Assembly (NCBI GenBank): GCA_030523245.1
Contig: JAUNIW010000001.1
Span: forward strand, 18,971 to 82,970
Origin: Pseudomonadota bacterium
Lineage (GTDB): Bacteria; Pseudomonadota; Alphaproteobacteria; RF32; CAG-239
Reading direction: 5' to 3'
Length of the DNA stretch: 64,000 bases
A program made the position numbers and the translations under genes. Of this stretch, positions 27,760 to 37,327 are shown one piece after another; the stretch's first letter is position 1; each line of letters opens with the position of its first letter. Under the pieces are notes generated by a model, which was given only the letters and a program-made list of their open reading frames with translations, was not told the origin of the DNA and did no database searches.

Positions 27760-29463
27760 ATGAAAATGAGTTTAGTAAAATGGAGCGTTTTGTTAGGGTT
27801 GGTAGGTATGGCCAATATTTGTCCGGCTCAGCTGATATCAGATACGGAAAGCTTGGATCAGTATGATGAACAGTCGCAAGGAAATTATCAGCCGATGAAT
27901 TTGAACTATGCCGGTTTTAATTCAATCGGTATGATTCAAAGCGCTTGGCAGGATCCTTTACAGAATTTGGGTGAAGGACAGACAAAACCGGCGTACTCCA
28001 AGTATTATTGGACTCCTGATTTGGTTTTACCGATACGTGTACGTGAAGGAATGATAACACTGGTAAACTTTCCGGAATGGGAATTTATTGAAAGAGTTTC
28101 TTTTGGTGATACGGGTTCATTTTCCGGAAATATTTCATCACCGAATACGGTAATGCTTTATCCGAGCAGCGGCAGTCAGGTTGGTGTGGACAGCAACGTT
28201 GTGATTGAAGGCCGCTCCGGTAACAAATATGTTTTTTATATTAAAAGTGAAGGCGTTAATACAGAGCGCTTGACGAATGCCATTATAGATATTGATGTTG
28301 TCGGAAAAAACGGCACGTCGGGAGGTAGTCCCAGTAGCAGCGTGGGGTCGTTAGGCGGTGGTTCAGGCCACATAAATGCTAATAATTTTCGTCCGGGAGG
28401 CGATAAATTGGTGGATTCGACCTTTACCAATCGTTTTCAAAAAGAAGATTGGTTGAGAAGCCTGCCGATTGATCCGGCAAAATTCAGATTTGATATCGAG
28501 ATTTATGTTCCAAATCCGGATGATGTCGTGATAGCACCGGAACGTGTCTGGCGCGATGATATTTTTACCTATATTGATTTGGGCGAAAAAGCTTTGAATA
28601 TGACACAGCGTCCGATTGTGACGTTAATCGTCGAACGCGTTGAAACGCCGGTTGGTTTTCGGACAAAAGGGCCAAACAACCGCCTGATTATTGTAGAAGG
28701 TATCGGTGATATGGTTATGCGCAGCGGTAAAAGAATGGTTTGCCTGAAATTGCGTCGTTCAGATGAAGAAGGTTTGCAGTATGTATCGTATGCCGATAAT
28801 CCGAACGACTGGGATGTTGCTCCGGCCATTCCGGACGGGAGAACGGGCCGCAGCGGAAACAGTAACAATGGCAATGGGGGAGCAGGCGGCAGTTCCGGTG
28901 CGGAAACAAGTGCTTTGAACAGCGGTGTTGCAGCCGGTGCGGTTGCCGGCGGCGCGGCAGTGTCAGGTGCGGATTCCGGTATTATTTTCAGTAACGGAAA
29001 CGGCTCAAACATGATTCGCCTGCCGAATAATATTGACGGCGGCGCGGGCGGAAGTGCTTCATCATCCGGTATATCCGGAGGAAGCGGAATGCCGGCAAAT
29101 GTTGACTGTTCCAAAATGATAAAAGCCGGAAGCAATTGCAATCCTGATGTCCAAAATCCGTATCCGCGTTATAAGTACGGCAGTGCATTTATCGGACAAG
29201 ACGGAGAAAATCTGTCGATAGAGTTGGGCACAGATTCAAATGTGAATAATCTTGAAACTCTGTGGAAAGATTTATCCGGTCGCTATTCGGCATTGCTCGG
29301 CGGGTATGAACCTTTTTATTCGGTTGACGCACCGGCAGACGGGCAGGGAAAAGAATTGTTCCACTTGCGCGTTGGACCGGTTAAAAGCTTGGAAACCGGA
29401 GATTCCGTATGCAGTCAGCTGGGGCGCGGCGGTGTATTTTGTAGTGTTGTGAGAGTGCAATAA
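27760..29463 (+). CDS. virB9: VirB9/TrbG/CagX-family protein with Gly-rich linkers and C-terminal SPOR-like domain
   Basis: 567 aa with a signal peptide. The VirB9 N-domain is IRVREGMITLVNFPEWEFIERVSFGDTGSF...NKYVFYIKSEG and the C-domain is VWRDDIFTYIDLGE...RPIVTLIVER...LIIVEGIGDMVMRSGKRMVCLK. These are followed by Gly/Ser/Ala tracts. The last ~85 aa (ENLSIELGT...LWKDLSGRYSALLGGYEPFYSV...LFHLRVGPVKSLETGDSVCSQLGRGGVFCSVV) have the SPOR beta-alpha-beta-beta pattern. Confidence 0.8.
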   Translation: MKMSLVKWSVLLGLVGMANICPAQLISDTESLDQYDEQSQGNYQPMNLNYAGFNSIGMIQSAWQDPLQNLGEGQTKPAYSKYYWTPDLVLPIRVREGMITLVNFPEWEFIERVSFGDTGSFSGNISSPNTVMLYPSSGSQVGVDSNVVIEGRSGNKYVFYIKSEGVNTERLTNAIIDIDVVGKNGTSGGSPSSSVGSLGGGSGHINANNFRPGGDKLVDSTFTNRFQKEDWLRSLPIDPAKFRFDIEIYVPNPDDVVIAPERVWRDDIFTYIDLGEKALNMTQRPIVTLIVERVETPVGFRTKGPNNRLIIVEGIGDMVMRSGKRMVCLKLRRSDEEGLQYVSYADNPNDWDVAPAIPDGRTGRSGNSNNGNGGAGGSSGAETSALNSGVAAGAVAGGAAVSGADSGIIFSNGNGSNMIRLPNNIDGGAGGSASSSGISGGSGMPANVDCSKMIKAGSNCNPDVQNPYPRYKYGSAFIGQDGENLSIELGTDSNVNNLETLWKDLSGRYSALLGGYEPFYSVDAPADGQGKELFHLRVGPVKSLETGDSVCSQLGRGGVFCSVVRVQ

Positions 29464-29474
29464 AGTAAAAAAAG

Positions 29475-32400
29475 ATGAGTAAAGAAGTATTAACACATTC
29501 GGACAGATATGTCCGCAAAACAAACCGGATAATTTTGATTGTCGGAATTATTACCTTATTTGTTTTTTTGTTCGGGTTAATGCTTTTGACAACGGAAACA
29601 CCGGAAGAAGAACAGCATTATGAAATTGAGGATACCATAGATGCTGAATCTGATTTGGGAATGGGTACGGCAACAAATAATGAGGCGGACATAGAATTTA
29701 ACGAAGCCGAAGAAATAGAGCGGCCGATTACCCTGACGCCAAATCCGATAAATATGGGACAGGTTGTTCTCGGAAGTGATGCCACGAATGTTTTGACTAT
29801 CGGAACAAACGGTAAAGGAGCGATTCGTATTCTTTCCGTAGATTTGGAAGAAGTTGCATTTGAGGGGTTTACGTTTGAGACAAATTGTAACAATAAGGAA
29901 TTACGCGGCAAAATAACTTGTACGGTTACCATGAAATGGACGCCGACAATAGCCGGAAATGTTCAAAATAATTTCAAAATCAGTTGGCATGAAACAAATG
30001 TTTCCGATAAAAATGCCAAGCATGATGAAGTTCCCGTATATGGAAATGCCATTCATAAAGAAGACTGCAATTTTTGTGATAACGGCACGGGAAATACTGT
30101 TCAGACGGATTTGAAAAGCAACGGGCGTGTTCGTTATGCCATCGGTCCGGACGGTAAAATAATCGGTATTGTCGGAGAGGACGGTATTGTCAGGGACGCC
30201 AATGGCAATGAAATAGGGCGTATGAACGCTGATGGCATGATTGTTGATAAAGACGGCAATATTATTGGTGTTGCTTCTAACGGAAAACTGATTTTGGACG
30301 ACAACGGCAATGTTATCGGTTACGTTGATGCCGACGGCGTAGCGCATGATATGGACGGCAATGTTATCGGTACAATGTTGTCTGACGGGACGATTGTCGG
30401 CCTGAACGGAGAAATTTTGGGACATGCCGTGGACAGCGGGTATGTGTATGATTCCAACGGTAACATTATCGGACGGGTGCTTGAAGACGGTACGGTGGTT
30501 GATCTTGACGGTAATGTTATAGGCCGCGTGAACGAAAAAGGCGAGGTTGTTGACAAAGACGGCAATATTATCGGTTACGTGGCAAAATCCGGTGAAGTTG
30601 CGTTTGATGAGAACGGCAACCGTTTAGGTGTTATTATGCCAAATGGTCGTGTTGTTGATGAAAACGGTGATGTTGTGGGTTTTGTTGATGCCGACGGCAA
30701 TGTTAATCAGCAGCAGAAAATCGGCAAGCGGGGTTCTGCCGCCCAGATGGTTCTTGATGAAAACGGTAATGTTATCGGGTATATTGACGAAAACGGCATA
30801 GCCAGAGATTTTAATGGTAATGTTATCGGTCATGTAGATGAAAACGGCAATATTGTCGACGAGAATGGTAAGATTATCGGAAAAGCCGGTGACTGGCAGG
30901 ATTTGGTTCTTGATGAAAACGGTAATGTTATCGGGTATATTGATGAAAACGGCCTGGCGCGTAACGACAAAACGGTTTTTGGTTATGTTGATGCCGACGG
31001 TAATGTAATCGGTAATAAAAATATATCGGATATTTCAGAACTTTCAATTATTGGCAGAAGAGATAAAAACTCTAATCTTGCTTTGGATAAAAACGGGCAG
31101 ACAATAGGCTGGGTTGATGAAAACAATATCGTTCGGGATAAAGACGGTAATATTATAGGTATTGTCGACAAAGACGGTAATATTCGTGCATTTGGTCTGG
31201 TTACGATAGGCGGGCTTCTGAACAGGTCTTTGCTGCCGATAACACCGGACGGCAAAGTTTTGGGTGAAGTTAATAATCGTGGTGAGGTTGTCAGCCAAAA
31301 CAAAGTTGTCGGCAAAATGCTCCCGAATGGTCTTGTAATGGATAAAGGCGGTACAAAAATTCTGGCAAAAGGTGTGCCTTACGGATATATTGTTAACTGG
31401 GGCTGCAAATATGAGTATAAACTGGACAAAGACGGCGTAGTTCGTCGGGACGGCAACGATACGGATTTAAGGATATATCCTGACGGAACGGTTTGGACAC
31501 CGGAGGGTGTTTTTGCCGGAAAAATGGTTGAAACCGGAAGTGTTTATAATGATGAATGCAATTACATCGGAGAGGCTAATGCCGATGGTTATGTGCGGGA
31601 TGCCTACGGTAAAGAGGTTGGATGCTTAAATCCGGACGGAACCGTGCTGGACTTGGAAAAACCCCAGATAAAAGGTCATCTGGTAGAACAGAAAACGGTT
31701 ATGTCCTTAGACTGGCAGCCAATGGGAACGCTGGAGGCAAATGGTACTTTACGCCAAAACGGTCTGGATATTATCGGATGCGTGAATAACCGCGGAGAAG
31801 TCTTTGATAAAGATATGGCTTATATCGGGAGAGCTTCGGATGCGCATTATATTTTTGACCTGAAAGGTAAACCTTTGGGTGTTTTTGATAAAAAAGGAAA
31901 AATGCCTTCTATTGGAAAAACCGGAGCACATTTGTTTTTGAAGAATCTGGTTGCCGACCAAAATAACCAGATTATCGGTTTTGCGGCACCGGAAGTAAAT
32001 ATATTGATAGACGGCCGCGGCAATATTATGGGACATCTTTTTGCCGATGGTAATGTTTATGATGAAGAAGGCAAGATTGTTGATAAAATCAGCGGTAACG
32101 GTACGGGGCTTTATAATGGAACACCGGCCAGATTTTTGAAAACGGGATACGTTGTTGACATGGACGGCCAGTTTTTAGGCTATGTCAACTATGATTTAAG
32201 TATCGTGGATATAAAAGGCACGATTATCGGCCGTATTGATGCCAAAGGTCAATTTTTTGATGAAAACGGCCGGCAACTTGGCGGAATTGTTAAACAAGGC
32301 GGTGTCCGCGGTTACAACGGAAGTTACTTAGGCTATGTTGTCGCTTCGGGCGATGTTGTTGAATTGGAAAATGCCGAGAACGTAGATTTGGACGGCAATA

Positions 32401-33110
32401 AATATCAACGGGGTGATATAACGGGAAGAGTTGTTCCGGACGGTCATGTTGTCAAAGACGGACGTCTGATGGGGGAAGTTCTTCCGGAAACGGCAATGGT
32501 AAATATTTTTGGAAAATATGTCGGTTATGCAGATGCTTACGGGCTTGTCAAAGGGGCAGACAACCATAATATCACAGCTTTGCTGCCGGGTGGAGTTACC
32601 AATCAGAATATATCTGCTTTGCCAGACGGAATCGTTATTGATTTCGGAGGAAAAGTCATCGGAACGGTTCTGCCTGACGGCAGTTTTATGGATCAGCAGC
32701 GTTCATTATCGGGAAATGTTATGGCTGACGGCAAGGTTGCTAGCAGTGACGGCCGGCTTTTGGGCGAGGTTGTATCGGGTGATATTGTTATCGGCAATGA
32801 TGATAAAGTAAAGGGTTTTGTCGGCTTTAACGGTAAAATCTATTATAAAGGCAATGAAGTTGGTAAATTACTTACGGACGGATTAGCCGTAGATGAGAAA
32901 AATAATATACTCGGACATGTTTATAACATCGGGAGTACCATATTATCCAATAACGGAGATTATGCCGGACGTCTGGCAGCAAACGGAAAAGTTATTGAAA
33001 ATGCCAATAAAGAAATCGGTTATATGAAGAGTAACGGCTCGTTTATTGATGCGGACAGAAATGTTTCAGGGTATTTGTTGCCTGAAGTAGCGAAAAATCG
33101 GAGGAACTAA
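29475..33110 (+). CDS. bitopic membrane protein: Ig/ASH-like module plus ~1000 aa of ~17-residue DGxVVDxDGNVIG repeats
   Basis: 1211 aa. The N-tail and TM are IILIVGIITLFVFLFGLMLL. An Ig-like segment reads ITLTPNPINMGQVVLGSDATNVLTIGTNGKGAIRILSV...FKISW. Continuous repeats begin at about residue 215. The stop overlaps the virB10 ATG (TAATG). Confidence 0.75.
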   Translation: MSKEVLTHSDRYVRKTNRIILIVGIITLFVFLFGLMLLTTETPEEEQHYEIEDTIDAESDLGMGTATNNEADIEFNEAEEIERPITLTPNPINMGQVVLGSDATNVLTIGTNGKGAIRILSVDLEEVAFEGFTFETNCNNKELRGKITCTVTMKWTPTIAGNVQNNFKISWHETNVSDKNAKHDEVPVYGNAIHKEDCNFCDNGTGNTVQTDLKSNGRVRYAIGPDGKIIGIVGEDGIVRDANGNEIGRMNADGMIVDKDGNIIGVASNGKLILDDNGNVIGYVDADGVAHDMDGNVIGTMLSDGTIVGLNGEILGHAVDSGYVYDSNGNIIGRVLEDGTVVDLDGNVIGRVNEKGEVVDKDGNIIGYVAKSGEVAFDENGNRLGVIMPNGRVVDENGDVVGFVDADGNVNQQQKIGKRGSAAQMVLDENGNVIGYIDENGIARDFNGNVIGHVDENGNIVDENGKIIGKAGDWQDLVLDENGNVIGYIDENGLARNDKTVFGYVDADGNVIGNKNISDISELSIIGRRDKNSNLALDKNGQTIGWVDENNIVRDKDGNIIGIVDKDGNIRAFGLVTIGGLLNRSLLPITPDGKVLGEVNNRGEVVSQNKVVGKMLPNGLVMDKGGTKILAKGVPYGYIVNWGCKYEYKLDKDGVVRRDGNDTDLRIYPDGTVWTPEGVFAGKMVETGSVYNDECNYIGEANADGYVRDAYGKEVGCLNPDGTVLDLEKPQIKGHLVEQKTVMSLDWQPMGTLEANGTLRQNGLDIIGCVNNRGEVFDKDMAYIGRASDAHYIFDLKGKPLGVFDKKGKMPSIGKTGAHLFLKNLVADQNNQIIGFAAPEVNILIDGRGNIMGHLFADGNVYDEEGKIVDKISGNGTGLYNGTPARFLKTGYVVDMDGQFLGYVNYDLSIVDIKGTIIGRIDAKGQFFDENGRQLGGIVKQGGVRGYNGSYLGYVVASGDVVELENAENVDLDGNKYQRGDITGRVVPDGHVVKDGRLMGEVLPETAMVNIFGKYVGYADAYGLVKGADNHNITALLPGGVTNQNISALPDGIVIDFGGKVIGTVLPDGSFMDQQRSLSGNVMADGKVASSDGRLLGEVVSGDIVIGNDDKVKGFVGFNGKIYYKGNEVGKLLTDGLAVDEKNNILGHVYNIGSTILSNNGDYAGRLAANGKVIENANKEIGYMKSNGSFIDADRNVSGYLLPEVAKNRRN
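30748..30797 (+). repeat. 50-bp direct repeat, copy 1 (49/50 identical to 30904-30953)
   Basis: tggttcttgatgaaaacggtaatgttatcgggtatattgaCgaaaacggc. Confidence 0.9.
30904..30953 (+). repeat. 50-bp direct repeat, copy 2 (156 bp downstream, in frame)
   Basis: tggttcttgatgaaaacggtaatgttatcgggtatattgaTgaaaacggc. Confidence 0.9.
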
Positions 33111-36100
33111 TGAAAAAAAGCGGAATAATAAGATATCTGCAGGTAATAATCCTTTCATTAGGAATAGCTTTTGTGTCTGCGGCAGAAGTCTATGCGGTTG
33201 AGATTACGGCCGTGGATTTTAACGGTAATGTTATCGGACAGGTTATTTCCAACGGTTTGGTTATAAATGCCGACGGCGAGAATATCGGGTATATTACGGC
33301 AGACAGTTTAATTTTGAATAATGACAATGAAGTTATCGGCGGCGTCATCCCGCAGGGTGTGGCTATCGGTATGGATAACCGGCCTTTAGGTAAAGTCAAC
33401 AGTGATGGTTTTGTCCGCAGTGAAACCGGTAAATCTTTAGGCAGGGCATTACCGAATGGTTTAGTTGTCAATGAAGAGTTTAACGTAATCGGTGCCATTT
33501 TGTTTCCGGGGCTGATTTACGCTTCTGACGGGAGTACCGTTGGCCGTCTGACAGGTGCCGGAACATATACCAATCTGGACGGTAATGAAGTCGGTTTTGT
33601 TTCGGCCAATGGCTATGCGTATCGTAAATCCGGAGAAGAATATCTTTTGGACGGTCGTTTGATGTCATCTAAAATGGTTGTATCCCTGACCGGAGAATTT
33701 ATCGGCAGCATCTCACCGTCCGGACGGGTAATTAACTTTGAAGGCAAAGATATCGGTAAAATACATGCTAATGAGTATGTTTATGATAACCAGAATCAGA
33801 TAGTGGGGCGTCTTGTTTGTACAGGATATGCCTTTGATTTGAACGGGCGCTATATGGGAATTATTACCTATAACGGAACCGTTGTCAACGGGACAGATGC
33901 CGTTGCTTTTTATCGGGCTGACGGTAATATTGTAAACAAGGACAACGAGGTTATAGGTTTCTCTGTTCCGTTATCCGCAACGGCTAATGACAATACCGGT
34001 CATTATCTCGGCCGTGTAGCACCTAAAGGACTTGTTTTGAATAATACGGAAATTGCCGGACACATCGGTATTGGCGGTTTTGTTTATGATCAAAATAATA
34101 ATAAGATTGGTCAGATAACCGTAACAGGACCTGTTTTCAATACGCTTGGTAATTTGAGCGGTCAGGCTATGAGTAACGGAACCTATATTTCTCTTAAAGG
34201 AAGCACAATCGGCCGTATAAAAGGCAGTCTGGCTTTTGACGGAAACGGTATGCTGGCCGGCGGTTTGTTGGAAAACAATATAGCGATTGGCAGCAACAAT
34301 AAAATTCTCGGTTCGGCCGAGATGAATGCTTTTGTCCTCGATGGTGCAGAACGTAAAAAAGTTTCGCCGTTTGGTTATTTGATGACCTCAGAAAATAAAC
34401 TGGACGGTCGTAGTCAGCGCTTATCTCCTGTTTATGGTTTGGAAGGACAGATATATTCTTATTTAACACCTAACGGCAGTCTGTATCGAGATGTTTCTGA
34501 TGTCAGACTGAATATGAATGGTGTTTTAACCGGAAAGAACGGATATATCGGTAATCAACTGGATATTTATTATGCTCTGGGTTTTAAAGGCCTGCCATTA
34601 GGACGTTTATCTTCAACAAATATAATTTTTGATGATAAAGGGGAAGCCGTCTATAAAGTAACACCGGGATATAATGTTGTTGCCGTTAACGGCAGTGTCG
34701 GTCAAAATATGATGCCTCTGCGCGGGTATGCCGGGTCTCGGTTTATTGCTGTCGGGACAAACGGTGATTTATTGGGATATGCCGGTGAAGACGGAAAAGT
34801 AATGGATTTGGAAGGCCATACTTACGGCCATGTTTTATACGGAAATTATGTCAGTGACAATAATAATTCGGTTACGGGAAAATTGCTGCCGTTTATCGGT
34901 GTGGGAAATGACAAATGCACGCAAATCGGTGTTGTTAATGGTCGGGGTGAAGTCATTAACAATCGTGATGTGGCCATAGGGCGGCTTTTGCCAAACGGAC
35001 AAGCGATTTCAGATGTTGGTTCGTATATCGGCTATGCCGTGTTTGAAACGGGACTGATTGATTTTGACGGCAATTATGCGGGAGTGGTCAATGCCGGAAA
35101 GGGTGTTGATATGTCAAATAAAAGTTTAGGCTGTATCAATCGTGCGGGTATCATTCTGGACAGTGATAATAAATGGCAGTATGGTGTGATTACACCGAAT
35201 CCGGTTATTGATTTTGAAAACAATATCATCGGTCAGGTTTTAGAAAACGGTGCGGTTGCCGATAACAATAATCAGATATTAGGTTCAATGCAGCCAAACG
35301 GAACAGTTGTTTCCAAATCTAAAAAAGCACTTGGTAATGTTATGCGTTATAAGGTTGCTTTCCGCGATGACAATACTTTTTTGGGAATGGTACAAAACAA
35401 CGGACAAGTTTGGGATGCAAAAAATGAAAATGTCGGACAGGTTAATTTTGACGGCAGTGTTCAGCATAACGGCGAAGTTATAGGTTTTGCTCTGTATGAT
35501 ATGTATGTATATGATAACAATTTTGTTGTTTACGGCTATATTATGAAAGACGGCGTGATTTTGAATATATCGGGCAGCAAAATGGGTAAAATGGACAGAG
35601 GTTTTGTTGTTGATAAAACAGGGCAGGTTGTCGCACGGGGAAACAGAGATTATACGGTACGGGATGCCAGCAATAATGCAGTCGGCGAATTACAGATAGA
35701 TGGCAGCGTTACAGACTATAACAGCCAGAATATCGGTTATTTGGCGGAAATCGGTATCATTCGGAATGTCAGCGGTAATGAAATTGCCAAAGCTTATCCG
35801 CTGCAATATTATATTGCTTCGGAGAAAAAGCCGGACAGCGGGCAAGATTGGGCTGATTATAAAAAAGTACAGATTCAGGATGAAGGAAAGACTAAAGACA
35901 AGGTACCGACGGAACAGAAACAAACTGGCAGCAGTTTTAACCGGCGGATTATCGGAATAGCACTGAGTCCGGACGGAGATATTCTGGGAAGCATTTACGA
36001 TGATAATAAAGTATATAATGAAGACGGCAGCCAGATTGGTTTCAGAACGCCGGATGGAATGATTGTGGATATGAAATACAACCCGATAGGTGTTGAAGAA

Positions 36101-37318
36101 ATCAAAAATTCATCGGCTCAAAATATGTTTGTACCGGCCGGAACATTCGGGAGCGGCAATGCCTACGGTATAGGAAATAAACCGGCTTCGTTAGGTCCCG
36201 GAGGAGGATACGGCGAGGGGGAACGCTATGATCCGGCAAAAGCCAGTGCATTGAATCAATTGCAGGCTGCCCGACGAGAAGGAATGCAGGTCGGTTCTAT
36301 CGGAACAGATATTAAAGTATCATCGTTTACCGGATATGAAGAAGAAGGCTGGGGCGGTATAGACGCAGGCCAGATTTCAACCTGGCGTGTTGATATGAGC
36401 GAGATGATTCTTGAAGATAAGCCGATTCCGGCAGTTTTAGCTCGTTCGGTTTATGCTTCCGACGGTCTGGGTTCCAATATTCCGGTTACGGCAGTTGTTG
36501 AAAGAAATGTCTTTGCCGAAGAAGGTCGAAATATCATTATTCCGGCAGGTTCCCGTGTTATTGGCGATTTAGGCAGCGAAAACGGTGCTATGGGCGGAAA
36601 CAGCGGCGGAGCTGTAAAAATAGGAATTCAATGGCGGCGTCTGATTCGGCCGGACGGCTCGCAATTTGATTTAGGAGATGCCCAGACAGCCGATGCTCAG
36701 GGACGTGCCGGCGCTATCGGTTATTTGGATGAACAACTGTTGAAGAAATATACGGCACCGATGTTGATTACGGCAATGGAAAGCGCAACAAGCTATATGA
36801 TGGCATCGGGAGACGGCAGCACGACAACAGATTATGGAACGAGTTCGGATTCTAAGAGTGAAGCAGCAAGTCAGGCCCGTGAAAACTTCTTAAATCAAAT
36901 GAACACAATATTTGAAGAAATTATTGAAGCAAAAGCAAGTATCCGCTCTGTAACGTATGTACCGGCCGGAACTCGTATTATCATCTTTCCGAATAAAGAT
37001 TTGTGGTTAAATAGTCAGAAATTGTCTAAGACAAAAGATTCTAACGTTAGCGGAAGGGGTACTGTTGATGGGCTGGTAACGCCGGGAGAATATCTGGATA
37101 GAGATAGTGCTGTGGCAAGAGGATCTTCTACCAGCAGCGGAGAATATGAAGAAGATATCCGGCCGACCGGTGGAAATCGGTCTGCGGCCAGAAACAGAAG
37201 AAATGCAGCCAATCAGGCCCAGAGACAACGTCCAGAACAGAATAACGGCAATGTTCCGGCTAATATTCCGCAACAGACGATTTCTCCGGAAGATAGTGAT
37301 GTGCCTTCGTTATTATAG
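33110..37318 (+). CDS. virB10: giant VirB10/TrbI-family protein (1402 aa) with ~950-aa N-terminal repeat region
   Basis: The C-terminal ~320 aa show TrbI/VirB10 barrel signatures (ISTWRVDMSEMILEDKPIPAVLARSVYASDG, IIIPAGSRVIGDLGS, IGIQWRRLIRPDGSQFDL, RAGAIGYLDEQLLKKYTAPML). The N-terminus has a signal/TM followed by the same ~17-aa repeat as the upstream gene (VDFNGNVIGQVISNGLVINADGENIGYITA...). Confidence 0.85.
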   Translation: MKKSGIIRYLQVIILSLGIAFVSAAEVYAVEITAVDFNGNVIGQVISNGLVINADGENIGYITADSLILNNDNEVIGGVIPQGVAIGMDNRPLGKVNSDGFVRSETGKSLGRALPNGLVVNEEFNVIGAILFPGLIYASDGSTVGRLTGAGTYTNLDGNEVGFVSANGYAYRKSGEEYLLDGRLMSSKMVVSLTGEFIGSISPSGRVINFEGKDIGKIHANEYVYDNQNQIVGRLVCTGYAFDLNGRYMGIITYNGTVVNGTDAVAFYRADGNIVNKDNEVIGFSVPLSATANDNTGHYLGRVAPKGLVLNNTEIAGHIGIGGFVYDQNNNKIGQITVTGPVFNTLGNLSGQAMSNGTYISLKGSTIGRIKGSLAFDGNGMLAGGLLENNIAIGSNNKILGSAEMNAFVLDGAERKKVSPFGYLMTSENKLDGRSQRLSPVYGLEGQIYSYLTPNGSLYRDVSDVRLNMNGVLTGKNGYIGNQLDIYYALGFKGLPLGRLSSTNIIFDDKGEAVYKVTPGYNVVAVNGSVGQNMMPLRGYAGSRFIAVGTNGDLLGYAGEDGKVMDLEGHTYGHVLYGNYVSDNNNSVTGKLLPFIGVGNDKCTQIGVVNGRGEVINNRDVAIGRLLPNGQAISDVGSYIGYAVFETGLIDFDGNYAGVVNAGKGVDMSNKSLGCINRAGIILDSDNKWQYGVITPNPVIDFENNIIGQVLENGAVADNNNQILGSMQPNGTVVSKSKKALGNVMRYKVAFRDDNTFLGMVQNNGQVWDAKNENVGQVNFDGSVQHNGEVIGFALYDMYVYDNNFVVYGYIMKDGVILNISGSKMGKMDRGFVVDKTGQVVARGNRDYTVRDASNNAVGELQIDGSVTDYNSQNIGYLAEIGIIRNVSGNEIAKAYPLQYYIASEKKPDSGQDWADYKKVQIQDEGKTKDKVPTEQKQTGSSFNRRIIGIALSPDGDILGSIYDDNKVYNEDGSQIGFRTPDGMIVDMKYNPIGVEEIKNSSAQNMFVPAGTFGSGNAYGIGNKPASLGPGGGYGEGERYDPAKASALNQLQAARREGMQVGSIGTDIKVSSFTGYEEEGWGGIDAGQISTWRVDMSEMILEDKPIPAVLARSVYASDGLGSNIPVTAVVERNVFAEEGRNIIIPAGSRVIGDLGSENGAMGGNSGGAVKIGIQWRRLIRPDGSQFDLGDAQTADAQGRAGAIGYLDEQLLKKYTAPMLITAMESATSYMMASGDGSTTTDYGTSSDSKSEAASQARENFLNQMNTIFEEIIEAKASIRSVTYVPAGTRIIIFPNKDLWLNSQKLSKTKDSNVSGRGTVDGLVTPGEYLDRDSAVARGSSTSSGEYEEDIRPTGGNRSAARNRRNAANQAQRQRPEQNNGNVPANIPQQTISPEDSDVPSLL
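33197..36095 (+). repeat. coding array of ~17-codon degenerate repeats inside virB10 (approximate bounds)
   Basis: The G-x-V-x-[DN]-x-x-G-x-x-[IL]-G periodicity is visible from about residue 30 to about residue 995. It is more degenerate than in the upstream gene. Confidence 0.6.
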
Positions 37319-37327
37319 GAGTTGAAT

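Larger units (their letters stand above)
30117..33107 (+). repeat. coding array of ~51-bp (17-codon) degenerate tandem repeats (approximate bounds)
   Basis: Successive units include DGIVRDANGNEIGRMNA, DGMIVDKDGNIIGVASN, GKLILDDNGNVIGYVDA, DGVAHDMDGNVIGTMLS and so on. The bounds were judged by eye. Confidence 0.7.

Noticed and set aside
28569-29141. 190-aa minus-strand ORF inside virB9
   Set aside because: It is antisense to the Gly/Ala/Ser-rich linker of VirB9, and its Pro/Ala-rich translation is a mirror artefact.
29901-30425. 174-aa minus-strand ORF, plus other antisense ORFs across 29600-33700
   Set aside because: They lie opposite the periodic repeat-coding sequence. The open antisense frames are a by-product of biased codon composition, and none has a credible start context.
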